Below are positions 1 through 9,446 of a stretch of DNA of 64,000 nucleotides, in pieces. The DNA is from a virus. Below the pieces are notes generated by a model. That model saw only the letters and a program-made list of their open reading frames with translations, made no database searches and was not told where the DNA came from. Positions within the stretch are counted from its first letter, which is position 1. Each line of letters begins with the position of its first letter. Made by a program: the position numbers and the translations under genes. The DNA lies in the IMG/VR virus record IMGVR_UViG_3300022751_000016, positions 32,001 through 96,000 of that record; one strand, given 5' to 3'.

Positions 1-167
1 GAAAATAGAACAATTGATAGCAGAACATAAACTACACAGAGAAGAGGTGTTACAAGAGCTAAATTTAACTTACGGTAAGGATGAAAGATTACTTGAAGAA
101 TATGCAATGAGAAACTTATTCATCAATCAGTTGGAAGAACTTTTGTAATTTTTTATTTGCTCGAAAA

Positions 168-1615
168 ATGAAAGAAATAAGTCTAGAAACAGTTAGAAAA
201 GCTAATCAAAAGATGATTGATAATGGTAAGATTGAAAAATACGATAAAGTTAAATCTTTAGTTGATATTCAGGAAGAATATATTAAATTTCTAGAACGTG
301 AAATTGGAAGTGTTTCAAGTATAGCTTCTACACATGGATGGATTTGTAATAAAGAAATTTTTGACGAGGGTTGTAAGTTAAGAGAAAAAATAAAAGAATT
401 AAACAGATGAATACGAATTTATATTATTTAATAGATTCTGATGAGAATTTAACGGATGCAGAAAAGAGAGAAATATATTTTGAAAATCTCCAAATTCTTG
501 AAGAGTTGAGAGAACTAGATGAAAATTAAAGAAGATAAGGTAATTATTAAACAGTTTAAATGCGGTTCTAGTGATTTTTGGGTAAATGACGCTCACTATA
601 ATTTAAACGCCTCAGAAGAGCTTATTTGGAGTGCTGGTGAATCAGATAAGCCTGAACTTAGAGAAGCACTTCTAAACTTCATTAAAAGAAATAAGAAGAA
701 ACACTCACCTAGACCGAATAACATCTTCGAAGTCGAGGAAAAGATTTACAGCACAGTAAATTACGGTAAGTTTAAAGGTTTAAGTACACAAATGATAGTT
801 GCTGAGGATAAACGCTACGCTAAATGGATTTATCAAAATTCTGCTGATAAAAAAGTTAAAGAAGAATTAAAAGAATTGTTAAAAATAAAGTAATCATGAA
901 AGAAAATATAAAATTTTACTTAACACAATATAAATTCGGCAGAAAATTATATGGAGGAACTTATTATTTAATTTATAATTGGCTTCCTATGAGTATATTT
1001 TGGTCTGACAGATTGATTACGAGTTGTGGAGGAAGAGCATTAGAAACAGAAGTTTATGAGCAGAAGTAATCTTCATAAGGATAAGGGTAAATTCAATAAC
1101 GGCTTACTAGAAGAAATACCTACAAAACTACTAAACTTTTTCACAAGACATAATAATGATTGGGGTGAATTTAGAAAAGCTAAGAAAGATTTACAAAATA
1201 AAATCGCGGAAAAAGAAATGAACAAAGAAGTAGAAACAGTTTTAACAGATAAAAAACTAATAGAGCTTTACAATCTAGGCTGGTTGGATTATATGGACGG
1301 TAAACTAGACATAAGCATGGCTTTAGTAAAACCATATTACATAGGAGCTAATCACGCTGAATTAGGAGACTTTCCAGAAGGATTTGATAGTTTTACAGAT
1401 GAGGAAATTTTAAGGATGGTTAAATGATAAATTTTAAACTTTTGCCGCAAGAAGAAATTAAAAGAGTAAAATATTTAGAGAAAATAAAATCAAAATACGG
1501 TTCTTACGGATTAATAACTTATTCATTCAAAGATACAGGAATAGGATGTGTAGTTAAAATTAAAAGTTCACATATTAAGAAGTGGAAAGACATTACAGAT
1601 TATGGGAGCTGGTAA
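168..1615 (+). other. Run of small hypothetical phage CDSs (168-410, 519-893, 1056-1427, 1424-1615, plus short ORFs below the track cut-off)
   Basis: Tightly packed + strand ORFs with overlapping stop/start codons. 519-893 ends in a YGKFKG..Y..W segment resembling the small DUF3820/ExoX C-terminal-like domain. Confidence 0.7.
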
Positions 1616-1624
1616 AAAAATAAA

Positions 1625-1656
1625 TTTGTTAGTTAAATATAAAAGTTGTATCTTTA
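1625..1656 (+). promoter_or_regulatory. Bacteroidota-type promoter
   Basis: TTTG (1625-1628), 20-nt spacer, TATCTTTA (1649-1656), a variant of -7 TAnnTTTG. Confidence 0.6.
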
Positions 1657-1660
1657 CGGC

Positions 1661-2041
1661 ATGATAAAAAAATATTCTAAAAAAGGGTTAGAGAAACGTA
1701 AATCTGAACGAGAGTGTTTATCAGAATTCTTTAAAAAACATATTGAAATTGCAAAAAATAAGTGCTGCACTAATTGTGGAGAAAAGCTTAAAGGAGATGT
1801 TTCTGAAGTTGCCCACAGGCTACCCAAAAACTTATTTAAATCAGTTATGTGCGATGATAATAACGTAACCTATCTTTGCTCTTGGAAAAGTAGTAACAAC
1901 TGCCACGGATTATATGACGGAAGTAATGAACAACTACAATCTTTGAATATTTTTTCAGTGGAAAAAGAAATAATAAAAGAACTTTTAGAAAAAGTAACAG
2001 AAAAATTTAATTATAAAACAACAGACAGATGGCTTCTATAG
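1661..2041 (+). CDS. HNH-like zinc-binding nuclease (NinG/HNH family)
   Basis: CxxC..EVAH..PK...N...LC...CH pattern. ATG 1661 preferred because the track's TTG at 1646 lies within the promoter. Confidence 0.6.
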   Translation: MIKKYSKKGLEKRKSERECLSEFFKKHIEIAKNKCCTNCGEKLKGDVSEVAHRLPKNLFKSVMCDDNNVTYLCSWKSSNNCHGLYDGSNEQLQSLNIFSVEKEIIKELLEKVTEKFNYKTTDRWLL

Positions 2042-3003
2042 AAGATACGCTTAAAAAATTAAATAAAGATAAAAAAGAAGAAGATAAAGTATCCATACTA
2101 GGGGATAATAAGATAGTTAGAACTACTACTTCAACAGGAAGCCCGTATTTAGATTATATAACAGGTGGTGGTTTTATGAATGGCGGGTATAATACAATCG
2201 TTGCTTCTGGTGGTGTAGGTAAAAGCTCAATTTCTTTATTAGCTTGTAAAGATACTATTGAGAGAAGAGGAAAAATAGCAGTTTATTTTGATGGTGAAAG
2301 AACTTTGAATGAAAGTTATTTCGAAAGAATGGGTATCCCCAAAGATAAATTTGTTCACAGAGTAGGGAGAAATTTAGAAAATATGTTGGATGAAGCAGAG
2401 TTATTTGCTCAATCAGAAGATGTTGGTATTATTATTATGGACTCTATTCCTATTTTTACAGCTGCTGCTATTGAAGCCAAGTCAGCAATTGAAAATTCTA
2501 TAGGAAATGCTGCAAAACGATATACGGGACGTATGCCAATTATAGAAGGGTATGCTTCATCAAGGGATATTTGCATTATTGGTCTAACAAGTTATAAATT
2601 AAACCCAGGAGCTATGGGAGACCCTAGAGTGCTTCCTGCCGGTGAGTGGCAGAAAACAATGTCTAATACTACTTTAGATATGACTAAAAAAGAACTAATA
2701 AAAGATAAAGATAAAAATGTAATTGGTCACTCTATTGAAGTCCGCGTTAAAAAATCTAAAAACAGTGCATATGATGGTTCAGAAGCCTATAAAATAAACT
2801 TCTATAATGATGGAGGATTTAATCAAATAGATGAATTTGCAAGAGTATTCATAGAAACAGAAATAGTAAAGCAAGGGGGCGCATGGATTAAGTTTCCTAA
2901 TGTAAACGCAGAAGAAGTAACTATACAAGGAGTAGATAAATTTATTGACCACCTAAAAGCGAACACAGAAGATTTTGAATTTCTTAAACAACAATTAGTA
3001 TGA
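2029..3003 (+). CDS. recA: RecA/UvsX-like recombinase
   Basis: STGSPYLD...GGG, Walker A GGVGKS, YFDGE, IIMDSI Walker B, VKKSK, and C-terminal KQGGAW. Confidence 0.92.
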   Translation: MASIEDTLKKLNKDKKEEDKVSILGDNKIVRTTTSTGSPYLDYITGGGFMNGGYNTIVASGGVGKSSISLLACKDTIERRGKIAVYFDGERTLNESYFERMGIPKDKFVHRVGRNLENMLDEAELFAQSEDVGIIIMDSIPIFTAAAIEAKSAIENSIGNAAKRYTGRMPIIEGYASSRDICIIGLTSYKLNPGAMGDPRVLPAGEWQKTMSNTTLDMTKKELIKDKDKNVIGHSIEVRVKKSKNSAYDGSEAYKINFYNDGGFNQIDEFARVFIETEIVKQGGAWIKFPNVNAEEVTIQGVDKFIDHLKANTEDFEFLKQQLV

Positions 3004-3428
3004 GACCATTAGAAGATATACTCACAGAATATGAAGAATTGAGAGGTTCTTTTAGAAACACTACTAAAAGTGGAAGCTTAACAAAGGACAGTCTTATTGA
3101 ATTTCAAGGAAGATTTATAGATTTGAAGGCAGATTTGAAGTATTGGAAAGTAAAATACACTCACGAATGGACTCGTCGCGACGATAAAGCAGCTACAGCG
3201 ATTAAATTTAGGATTGCTGTTGCTATGACAAGAGGGGAATATCCAACTGGAGATGAAGAAGTTAAATTACCTACGATTACAAATGCAGAAAAGTTAGCAA
3301 GTGGTAGTAAAGAATATAGAGAATTTGTTGAACAACGCGGTTTTTATAAAGAGTCTCTGACAAATTTAAGTGATACTAGGGAAGATATCAATAGTTATAT
3401 AAACGAAATTAAGGACAGATTAAAATAA
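3000..3428 (+). CDS. Helical protein, possible UvsY-like recombination mediator
   Basis: 142-aa coiled-coil protein translationally coupled to the recombinase; inferred from size and context only. Confidence 0.35.
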   Translation: MRPLEDILTEYEELRGSFRNTTKSGSLTKDSLIEFQGRFIDLKADLKYWKVKYTHEWTRRDDKAATAIKFRIAVAMTRGEYPTGDEEVKLPTITNAEKLASGSKEYREFVEQRGFYKESLTNLSDTREDINSYINEIKDRLK

Positions 3429-3434
3429 ATAATT

Positions 3435-3680
3435 ATGTGGCAAAAGTGTCCAGTATGTAACGGAACAGGAGAGTGTAATATCATTCATCCACCCTCATGT
3501 AAGACTTGTGATGGAAAAGGTATTATAAGCTCATTGACAGGAAAACCTCCGACAGGTTTAGGAAGCAAAGATTATCAAAATTTGGATGTAGTTGAAAAAT
3601 GTAAACACGAATCTATTGAAGAAATTCAAGGAGGACAGATAGAAAGATGCAGAACTTGCGGTAAAACTTGGGGAGGATAG
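3435..3680 (+). CDS. DnaJ-type zinc-finger protein
   Basis: CPVCNGTG and CKTCDGKG repeats (CxxCxGxG). Confidence 0.65.
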   Translation: MWQKCPVCNGTGECNIIHPPSCKTCDGKGIISSLTGKPPTGLGSKDYQNLDVVEKCKHESIEEIQGGQIERCRTCGKTWGG

Positions 3681-3792
3681 TGTATGATAACAGATAAAAT
3701 AGAGATAGAATTCAAAGGTATCTTAGAAGATAAGAATATAAAGATGAATATAGAAAACTCATCCTTCTTTTTGAAAAACTTAATAAGGCATA

Positions 3793-4227
3793 ATGGCAAT
3801 AAAAAAGACAGTTAAATCCAGAGTAGAAAAACTAAGAAATCATTTTACGTTAAGTGAAGCAGGATTTTGGAGCTTAATACGCTCTAATTTAAGAAATGCA
3901 AGTAGATGGTGGAAACCTATCGCTGAATGTAAAAAATTATCTAGGCGAGCTTATAAAGGTAAGAATAAATCTCAAAAATGGGAATATAAATGTAGTCATT
4001 GTCAAGAATGGTTTATGGAAAAAGAGATAGCTGTAGACCATAAGATTGAAGCAGGTTCTTTAACTTGTGGAGATGATTTAAAAGGATTTGTAGAAAGATT
4101 GTTCTGTGAAATTGAGGGTTTTCAGGTACTTTGTAATAAAAGAATAGACGGAAAAGAAAGTTGTCATAAGAAAAAGACAGACGAATATATGCAAAGTAAA
4201 AAATCCGCCAAAAAAGATTTAAAATAA
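3793..4227 (+). CDS. HNH endonuclease
   Basis: YKCSHC...VDH...QVLCN...CHKKKT. Confidence 0.75.
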   Translation: MAIKKTVKSRVEKLRNHFTLSEAGFWSLIRSNLRNASRWWKPIAECKKLSRRAYKGKNKSQKWEYKCSHCQEWFMEKEIAVDHKIEAGSLTCGDDLKGFVERLFCEIEGFQVLCNKRIDGKESCHKKKTDEYMQSKKSAKKDLK

Positions 4228-4286
4228 TAGGAATATTCAAAATAAATCCATATCTTTACAATTCAATATACTAAATCAGAATAAAT

Positions 4287-4970
4287 ATGATTAACTCACC
4301 TAAGAAAGAGAACAAGGAAAAAAGAGTATTAAAAACAGAGCCTAAACTTAAGGTAGATTTAAACGAAGAACAAAAAGAGTTTGTAAAATTATTTTATGAA
4401 TTTGATGTTTGTTTTTTACATGGAGATTTTGGTTCTGGTAAATCTTTGGCAGCAGTCCACACAGCATTGTCGGCATTCAGAAAGAAACAGTTTAATAACA
4501 TATGGATTACCAGACCTATGCTAAAAAATTCTCTAGCTGCCCTTCCTGGAACACTTGAAGAAAAAATGTCACCTTATACTTTTCCAATTACACAAAATAT
4601 GGAAGTATGTCAAGGTAAAGAAATGACAGATAAAATGTTAAAAGAAGGTATGGTTAAAATAATGCCTATTGAAGTTGCAAAAGGATGCTCTTTTATTGAC
4701 TCAGTAGTTATAATTGATGAATATGAAGATATGACTTATGCAGATTTTAGAACAATTTTAACTAGATTATCTAAGGGAAGTAAAATGATTTTCTGCGGTT
4801 CAAAAGAGCAAATTGATAAGCAGATAGGTAAAAATAGTTGTATTTATGACACTATGAGACTAGAAAACTCTGGATTAGTAGGCTATAAAACATTAACAGC
4901 AAATCACAGAAATCCTATTTTGACAAATATTATAGATTTTTTAGAAAAAGATTTGCACAACTCAAAATAA
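4287..4970 (+). CDS. phoH: PhoH-family ATPase
   Basis: GDFGSGKS, ITRP, LPGTLEEKMSPY, IIDEYED, ILTRL...SKMIFCGSKEQID, NHRNP. Confidence 0.93.
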   Translation: MINSPKKENKEKRVLKTEPKLKVDLNEEQKEFVKLFYEFDVCFLHGDFGSGKSLAAVHTALSAFRKKQFNNIWITRPMLKNSLAALPGTLEEKMSPYTFPITQNMEVCQGKEMTDKMLKEGMVKIMPIEVAKGCSFIDSVVIIDEYEDMTYADFRTILTRLSKGSKMIFCGSKEQIDKQIGKNSCIYDTMRLENSGLVGYKTLTANHRNPILTNIIDFLEKDLHNSK

Positions 4971-4983
4971 ATTATTATATTTG
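4952..4983 (+). promoter_or_regulatory. Bacteroidota-type promoter driving the non-coding region
   Basis: TTTG (4952-4955), N20, TATATTTG (4976-4983); perfect consensus. Confidence 0.75.
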
Positions 4984-4986
4984 CAT

Positions 4987-5340
4987 AAGAAAGATAGGTA
5001 AAAACACTTTTCGGCTTTTTGGTAATACGTGTGCTGTATTCTGGTAACAGGATTAAACCTTATAACAACGTGTGATGTGGATGAGTGACCACAAATCTTT
5101 CTTTTTTAACTTTTTCGCGCAAAAATAACAGTCATTTGAACTTAACACTAGGATAATGACAAGCGATTGGACAAAGTTAAGTGTCACGAATTGCCCTGTA
5201 ACAGCTAAATGTTGCCAGTTAGAGTAGGTCTGAGACTATTATGTGAAGCTCTAACATTTTTTATCGGTATCATCCCCTGTGATAGTATCTAAGGGCTAGT
5301 AGGAGTTGCATGTTAATACCGAGTGTGTAATCCTACTTAT
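4987..5340 (+). ncRNA. Putative structured ncRNA(s): three stem-closed modules with a kissing loop and a pseudoknot
   Basis: ORF-free, starts just after the promoter. Stems include AAGAAAGAT/ATCTTTCTT, GTCATT/AATGAC, GTTAGAG/CTCTAAC, TCGGTAT/ATACCGA and AGTAGGA/TCCTACT; each module ends at a U-rich tract. Confidence 0.55.
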
Positions 5341-5365
5341 TTTTATAAAATGTAATATCAAATAG

Positions 5366-6148
5366 ATGAAAACACAAGGACAAGGTTTTAACTATAAAGT
5401 AAACGGCGAAAATAAAACTAAAGAAGAGATTGATAATATGGACTTAAGTAATATGAATTGTACAGTTGATGGTTTATCTGTTCTATATTCTTTTCCCGAC
5501 CAAAATTATATTAGGCATTTTGTAGAAATTAAGGAGAAAATAAAACTACAAGAACTAAGAGATTATTTGATAACAGATAATATTATTTGTACAGACCTGA
5601 GCACAATATATGGTATAATGTCCGCAGAAACAGAAGATGAGTTAAAAGATATTCTTAAGAAGTTACCAGAGACAAATACGCGGCTAGAAAAAGAGATAAT
5701 CAGAACAAAAACTGAAGAAATTCTAGATGAAGTTGAAAAATACCAACAAGAAGTTAACGGAGGTATTTTAAAAGGAGAAGAGTTTCCATACGATTTTACA
5801 AATTTAAACTTTAATGTAATTACAAGTAGTAATATAGAAGAAAATGAGACAATAGAATATTTCCAAGGAATAAAAGAAACAGAAGGTAAATTAGACTATT
5901 CAGAAATAAATTTCAGGTTATTAGATTTAATGGCTAAAAGATTTATGGATAACAAGGTTAAATATCCTAAAGGTAACTCTAAAAAAGTATTAGATAAAAA
6001 TGAAATTCTTTGGGCGGCATTCAGACACATTAGAAAGATGATTCAACCTATTGAAAATGACCCAGAAACTTATGAAGACCATCTTTCTGCTGTTTTAACT
6101 AACATGAGTATTATTTTAGACCAATTAGATTTGGATAAGTCAAAATAA
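5366..6148 (+). CDS. Protein with C-terminal dATP/dGTP diphosphohydrolase-like (DUF5664) domain
   Basis: GIKETEGKLDYSEI...KVKYPKGN...AAFRHI...DHLSAVLTN pattern. Confidence 0.65.
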   Translation: MKTQGQGFNYKVNGENKTKEEIDNMDLSNMNCTVDGLSVLYSFPDQNYIRHFVEIKEKIKLQELRDYLITDNIICTDLSTIYGIMSAETEDELKDILKKLPETNTRLEKEIIRTKTEEILDEVEKYQQEVNGGILKGEEFPYDFTNLNFNVITSSNIEENETIEYFQGIKETEGKLDYSEINFRLLDLMAKRFMDNKVKYPKGNSKKVLDKNEILWAAFRHIRKMIQPIENDPETYEDHLSAVLTNMSIILDQLDLDKSK

Positions 6149-6161
6149 AGTTGTATATTTG
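6130..6161 (+). promoter_or_regulatory. Bacteroidota-type promoter
   Basis: TTTG-N20-TATATTTG. Confidence 0.7.
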
Positions 6162-6180
6162 TAGAAGATAAATAAGACGT

Positions 6181-6916
6181 ATGAAGAGAATCAGATTGAG
6201 TTTGACAGGAGTTGGGGAGGTTTTAAAAGAATCCGCGGAAAAGAAATTAGAAAAAGAAAGTTCAATTCCTAGATGTGATTCAGGACATACAAGAGAATTC
6301 TACGAAGACTTAAATATTCCAGAAAATAAAATTCCAAAAGAACTTATAGAAAGAGAGAAAAATCAAGATGTAGAGTTAGAAGACGATGATTTTGAAATGG
6401 TAACTTCTGACATTATAGTTTATGAAGACCAAATAAAGTTTATGGTTACAGATGATGAATTTACAACTATATTTTTAAATGACGGACTTAATTTAACAGT
6501 GTTAGAAACATCAGAAGAAATCGATTACTATATTGATTTTATGGAAAGGACATGGTTTGATAAATTAAAAGACTCTATTTCCTTCTTTATTCGCCGAATA
6601 AAAAATAAATTAACAAATAAAAATGGAAAACAAAATTAAGAGATTTTTAGAATTAAGTAAAGAGTTTACTGTAAAATCACATGAAGTATATGAAGGATTT
6701 GAAGAGACTTACGGAAATATAACAATAAATGGCGGAATTTGTTACACTAGTGTAGGATGTACTACAACAAATGGATATCAGACTCCAACAAAACTAGAAC
6801 AGTTTACAAAATCTCAACAAGAGAAGATTGAAAAAGCGCAAAGATACGAAGAATACTTAAAGTTGCAATCTGATTTATTAGAGTATTACACAGCAAAAGA
6901 AAAATTAAACAATTAA
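6181..6916 (+). other. Two hypothetical CDSs (6181-6639, 6623-6916)
   Basis: Overlapping ORFs downstream of a promoter. Confidence 0.7.
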
Positions 6917-6936
6917 ATATAAACAAGGAAAGCAAA

Positions 6937-7659
6937 ATGGCAACAAAGTATTTACAGATTAACTACCAAGACGGAAATATTTTTCAGTTCTCAAAGACTG
7001 AACAAGAAGGGTATGAACCGCACACAAACACAAAAGGAACAATTTCATACAGAAAGATTTATAATAAAGGTCTTTATGGAACATTAAAAGGAGTGACAAT
7101 TAGAGAAAGTGATTTTGGAAAAGAGATTTCAATTGCAGTTGTAGATAATGTAGGGGACAATGTTTACCTTAATTTACCTCTTTTTGATGCTAAGAAAAAT
7201 TTAGCAAGTTATGCAGAATCATTTATCACAGTACTTCCTCAATTAAAATTAGGAAACCCTTATAGATTTTATGCTTATAATATTAAAGAAGAAGGTCAAA
7301 AATATTCTAAAGTTGGTATTTCAGTAGCTCACGCAGATATTCAAGCAGAAACCGCAGATAAAGAAAATAAAATTACCAAGTTATCTTACACTTATACAAA
7401 AGATGGTAAAGAAGTAAAAGGAGACGTACCAGCAATTTTGTGGGAAGAAGATTATACAGGAGCAAGAACTATGAATGCAACAGCTAAAAATAAATATCTT
7501 TATGATGTTTTGATGGCAAATGTAGGAGAATCAACTCAACAACCAACTGCTAGTGTAGGCGCACCACGACCTAAAACCACTACAAAAACAGCTTCAGAAG
7601 CTTTTGAGCCAGCAACTAATTTAAATCAGAAAGAACCTACGGATTTACCCTTTGCTTAA
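6937..7659 (+). CDS. Probable single-stranded DNA-binding protein
   Basis: Beta-rich N-terminal region, low-complexity linker, C-terminal acidic DLPF tip typical of SSBs. Confidence 0.6.
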   Translation: MATKYLQINYQDGNIFQFSKTEQEGYEPHTNTKGTISYRKIYNKGLYGTLKGVTIRESDFGKEISIAVVDNVGDNVYLNLPLFDAKKNLASYAESFITVLPQLKLGNPYRFYAYNIKEEGQKYSKVGISVAHADIQAETADKENKITKLSYTYTKDGKEVKGDVPAILWEEDYTGARTMNATAKNKYLYDVLMANVGESTQQPTASVGAPRPKTTTKTASEAFEPATNLNQKEPTDLPFA

Positions 7660-7662
7660 GTA

Positions 7663-8562
7663 TTGATTATGAGGAAGTTACAACAGACAAGAATACACAA
7701 TCCACCCGAAGTATTAGGTAATTGTTTTCCTACCGTTATAGCTTGCTTCTTAGATTTAGATTCTCCTGATGATGTTATTCAAATTCAGGAGAAATACCAA
7801 GAAAAGGACTGGAATATTCAGTTATTTAATTGGTTAAAAGAAAGAGGCTGGGTTTGGAAAACTATTTCAGGTCATTTATATGACGATTCTTTTTACACAG
7901 TTACAGGTAAAGTAAGTAGAAATGGAGCAAGTCATATTTGTATTTATAGAAATGGAGAGTTATACCACGACCCAAATCCTTGTAATTCAGGTTTAATAAG
8001 TGAAGATGTTTTTGAAACTTTTACTAAAGAGTCTAAAATTTGCTTTAAATGTAATAAGATGAAGTTGCTTACAGACTATTATAAGCATAAACAAATGGGT
8101 GATGGTTTATTAGGTAAATGCAAATCTTGCACAAAAGAAGATACTAAAGCAAGAACTGCAATCAATACGTCAACACCAGAGGGTTTAGAAAAAGAAAGAG
8201 AGCGTCATAGAGATAAATATCACAGATTAGGTTATAAGGATGTTCATAAACCTACAGCCGAAGTAAGATACGAAAACACTGTGAGGCATAGATTAAAATA
8301 CCCTGAAAAACACAAGGCTAAAAATGCAACACAGACTTTAACTAGAACAGAAGGAAATCATTTACATCATTGGAGTTACAATCAACAGCATTGGAAAGAT
8401 TGTATTGAAATGGACGTTATTAATCACGCTAAATTACATAGGTTTATAGTGTATGATAATGATACATTTTATTACAACGATTTAGATGGAATACCTTTAG
8501 ATACGAAAGAAAAACACGAAAATTACATTAAACAACTAGGAATAGAAATTTATAAACAGTAA
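7663..8562 (+). CDS. Fusion: C39-peptidase-like phage domain + HNH-like zinc-finger endonuclease
   Basis: N-terminal GNC...IAC...H...HDPNP. C-terminal KICFKCN...YYKH...GKCKSC and HLHHWSY...HAKLH. Confidence 0.5.
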   Translation: MIMRKLQQTRIHNPPEVLGNCFPTVIACFLDLDSPDDVIQIQEKYQEKDWNIQLFNWLKERGWVWKTISGHLYDDSFYTVTGKVSRNGASHICIYRNGELYHDPNPCNSGLISEDVFETFTKESKICFKCNKMKLLTDYYKHKQMGDGLLGKCKSCTKEDTKARTAINTSTPEGLEKERERHRDKYHRLGYKDVHKPTAEVRYENTVRHRLKYPEKHKAKNATQTLTRTEGNHLHHWSYNQQHWKDCIEMDVINHAKLHRFIVYDNDTFYYNDLDGIPLDTKEKHENYIKQLGIEIYKQ

Positions 8563-8728
8563 AAACAATGTACCAAATAACAGAACAAGGACTTAGAGAA
8601 TTAGAAACTTACATTCAAGAAATTCCATTTAAATATGCAAACACTATACTGAAATTACTAGGAAATAGTGTTAGTAAGTTAGACGAACCCAAAACCAAAA
8701 CAGAAGAAAACCCAAAGAAATAAAGTCC

Positions 8729-9287
8729 ATGACAGAACAAAAAACAAACATAACAGAATACAGCTACCCAACAGAAACTAAAGTGGAAATTTTAGGAAGT
8801 GTATTACTAGCCTTACTAAATCTACTTAACGATGTACACACCAATGAAGGACGGATGGTATTATTAGCAGACTTACCAAATGAAAATGGAGAATTAGTAG
8901 AAGCCTCGCCAATTGAATTTTTTCAACAACAACCTAGAAGAGCTCTTACAGATTTAGGCGCGAGTGCTTTAGATTTAAAACTGTTCTTAGAAGAAGTACA
9001 CTTAAGAAATATTGAAAATAATATAGCTATAAAGAATGAAGAAATCGGGTCATTCAAAATTTAATTATCATACTACGTGGGCACAGGAAGTGAAGAATGA
9101 GCTTGGAGCTTCCTATGTCTCGTGGGAAAATAATAAAGGAAAGTACAGTCTAATTATAGGACTAGAAACCACAGACGGCGAAAAAAGAAAACTAAATATT
9201 CCTATTAATGGTACACCAATGGATACAACTCCTGAACATTATATGGAACTTATTAAAAAATTAAAGAATGCAGACAGAGAGATATAG
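8729..9287 (+). other. Two hypothetical CDSs (8729-9064, 9036-9287)
   Basis: ORF track and gene packing. Confidence 0.65.
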
Positions 9288-9446
9288 AATGTTATATGAG
9301 GCTTTATTAGAAGATGGAGATTTATTAACTTTATTTCCAGAGCTAAAAAGAAAAGACAGAGAAAATAATTGGGAGACAGATAAAAATAAATTCATTAAAC
9401 TACAAGAAGAGCAAGAAAAAGCTTTAAATATAAACGTTGAAGACTA

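Noticed and set aside
5070-5100. Hammerhead ribozyme suggested by GATGAG
   Set aside because: The CUGAUGA core is not intact (GGAUGAG) and there is no correctly placed GAAA.
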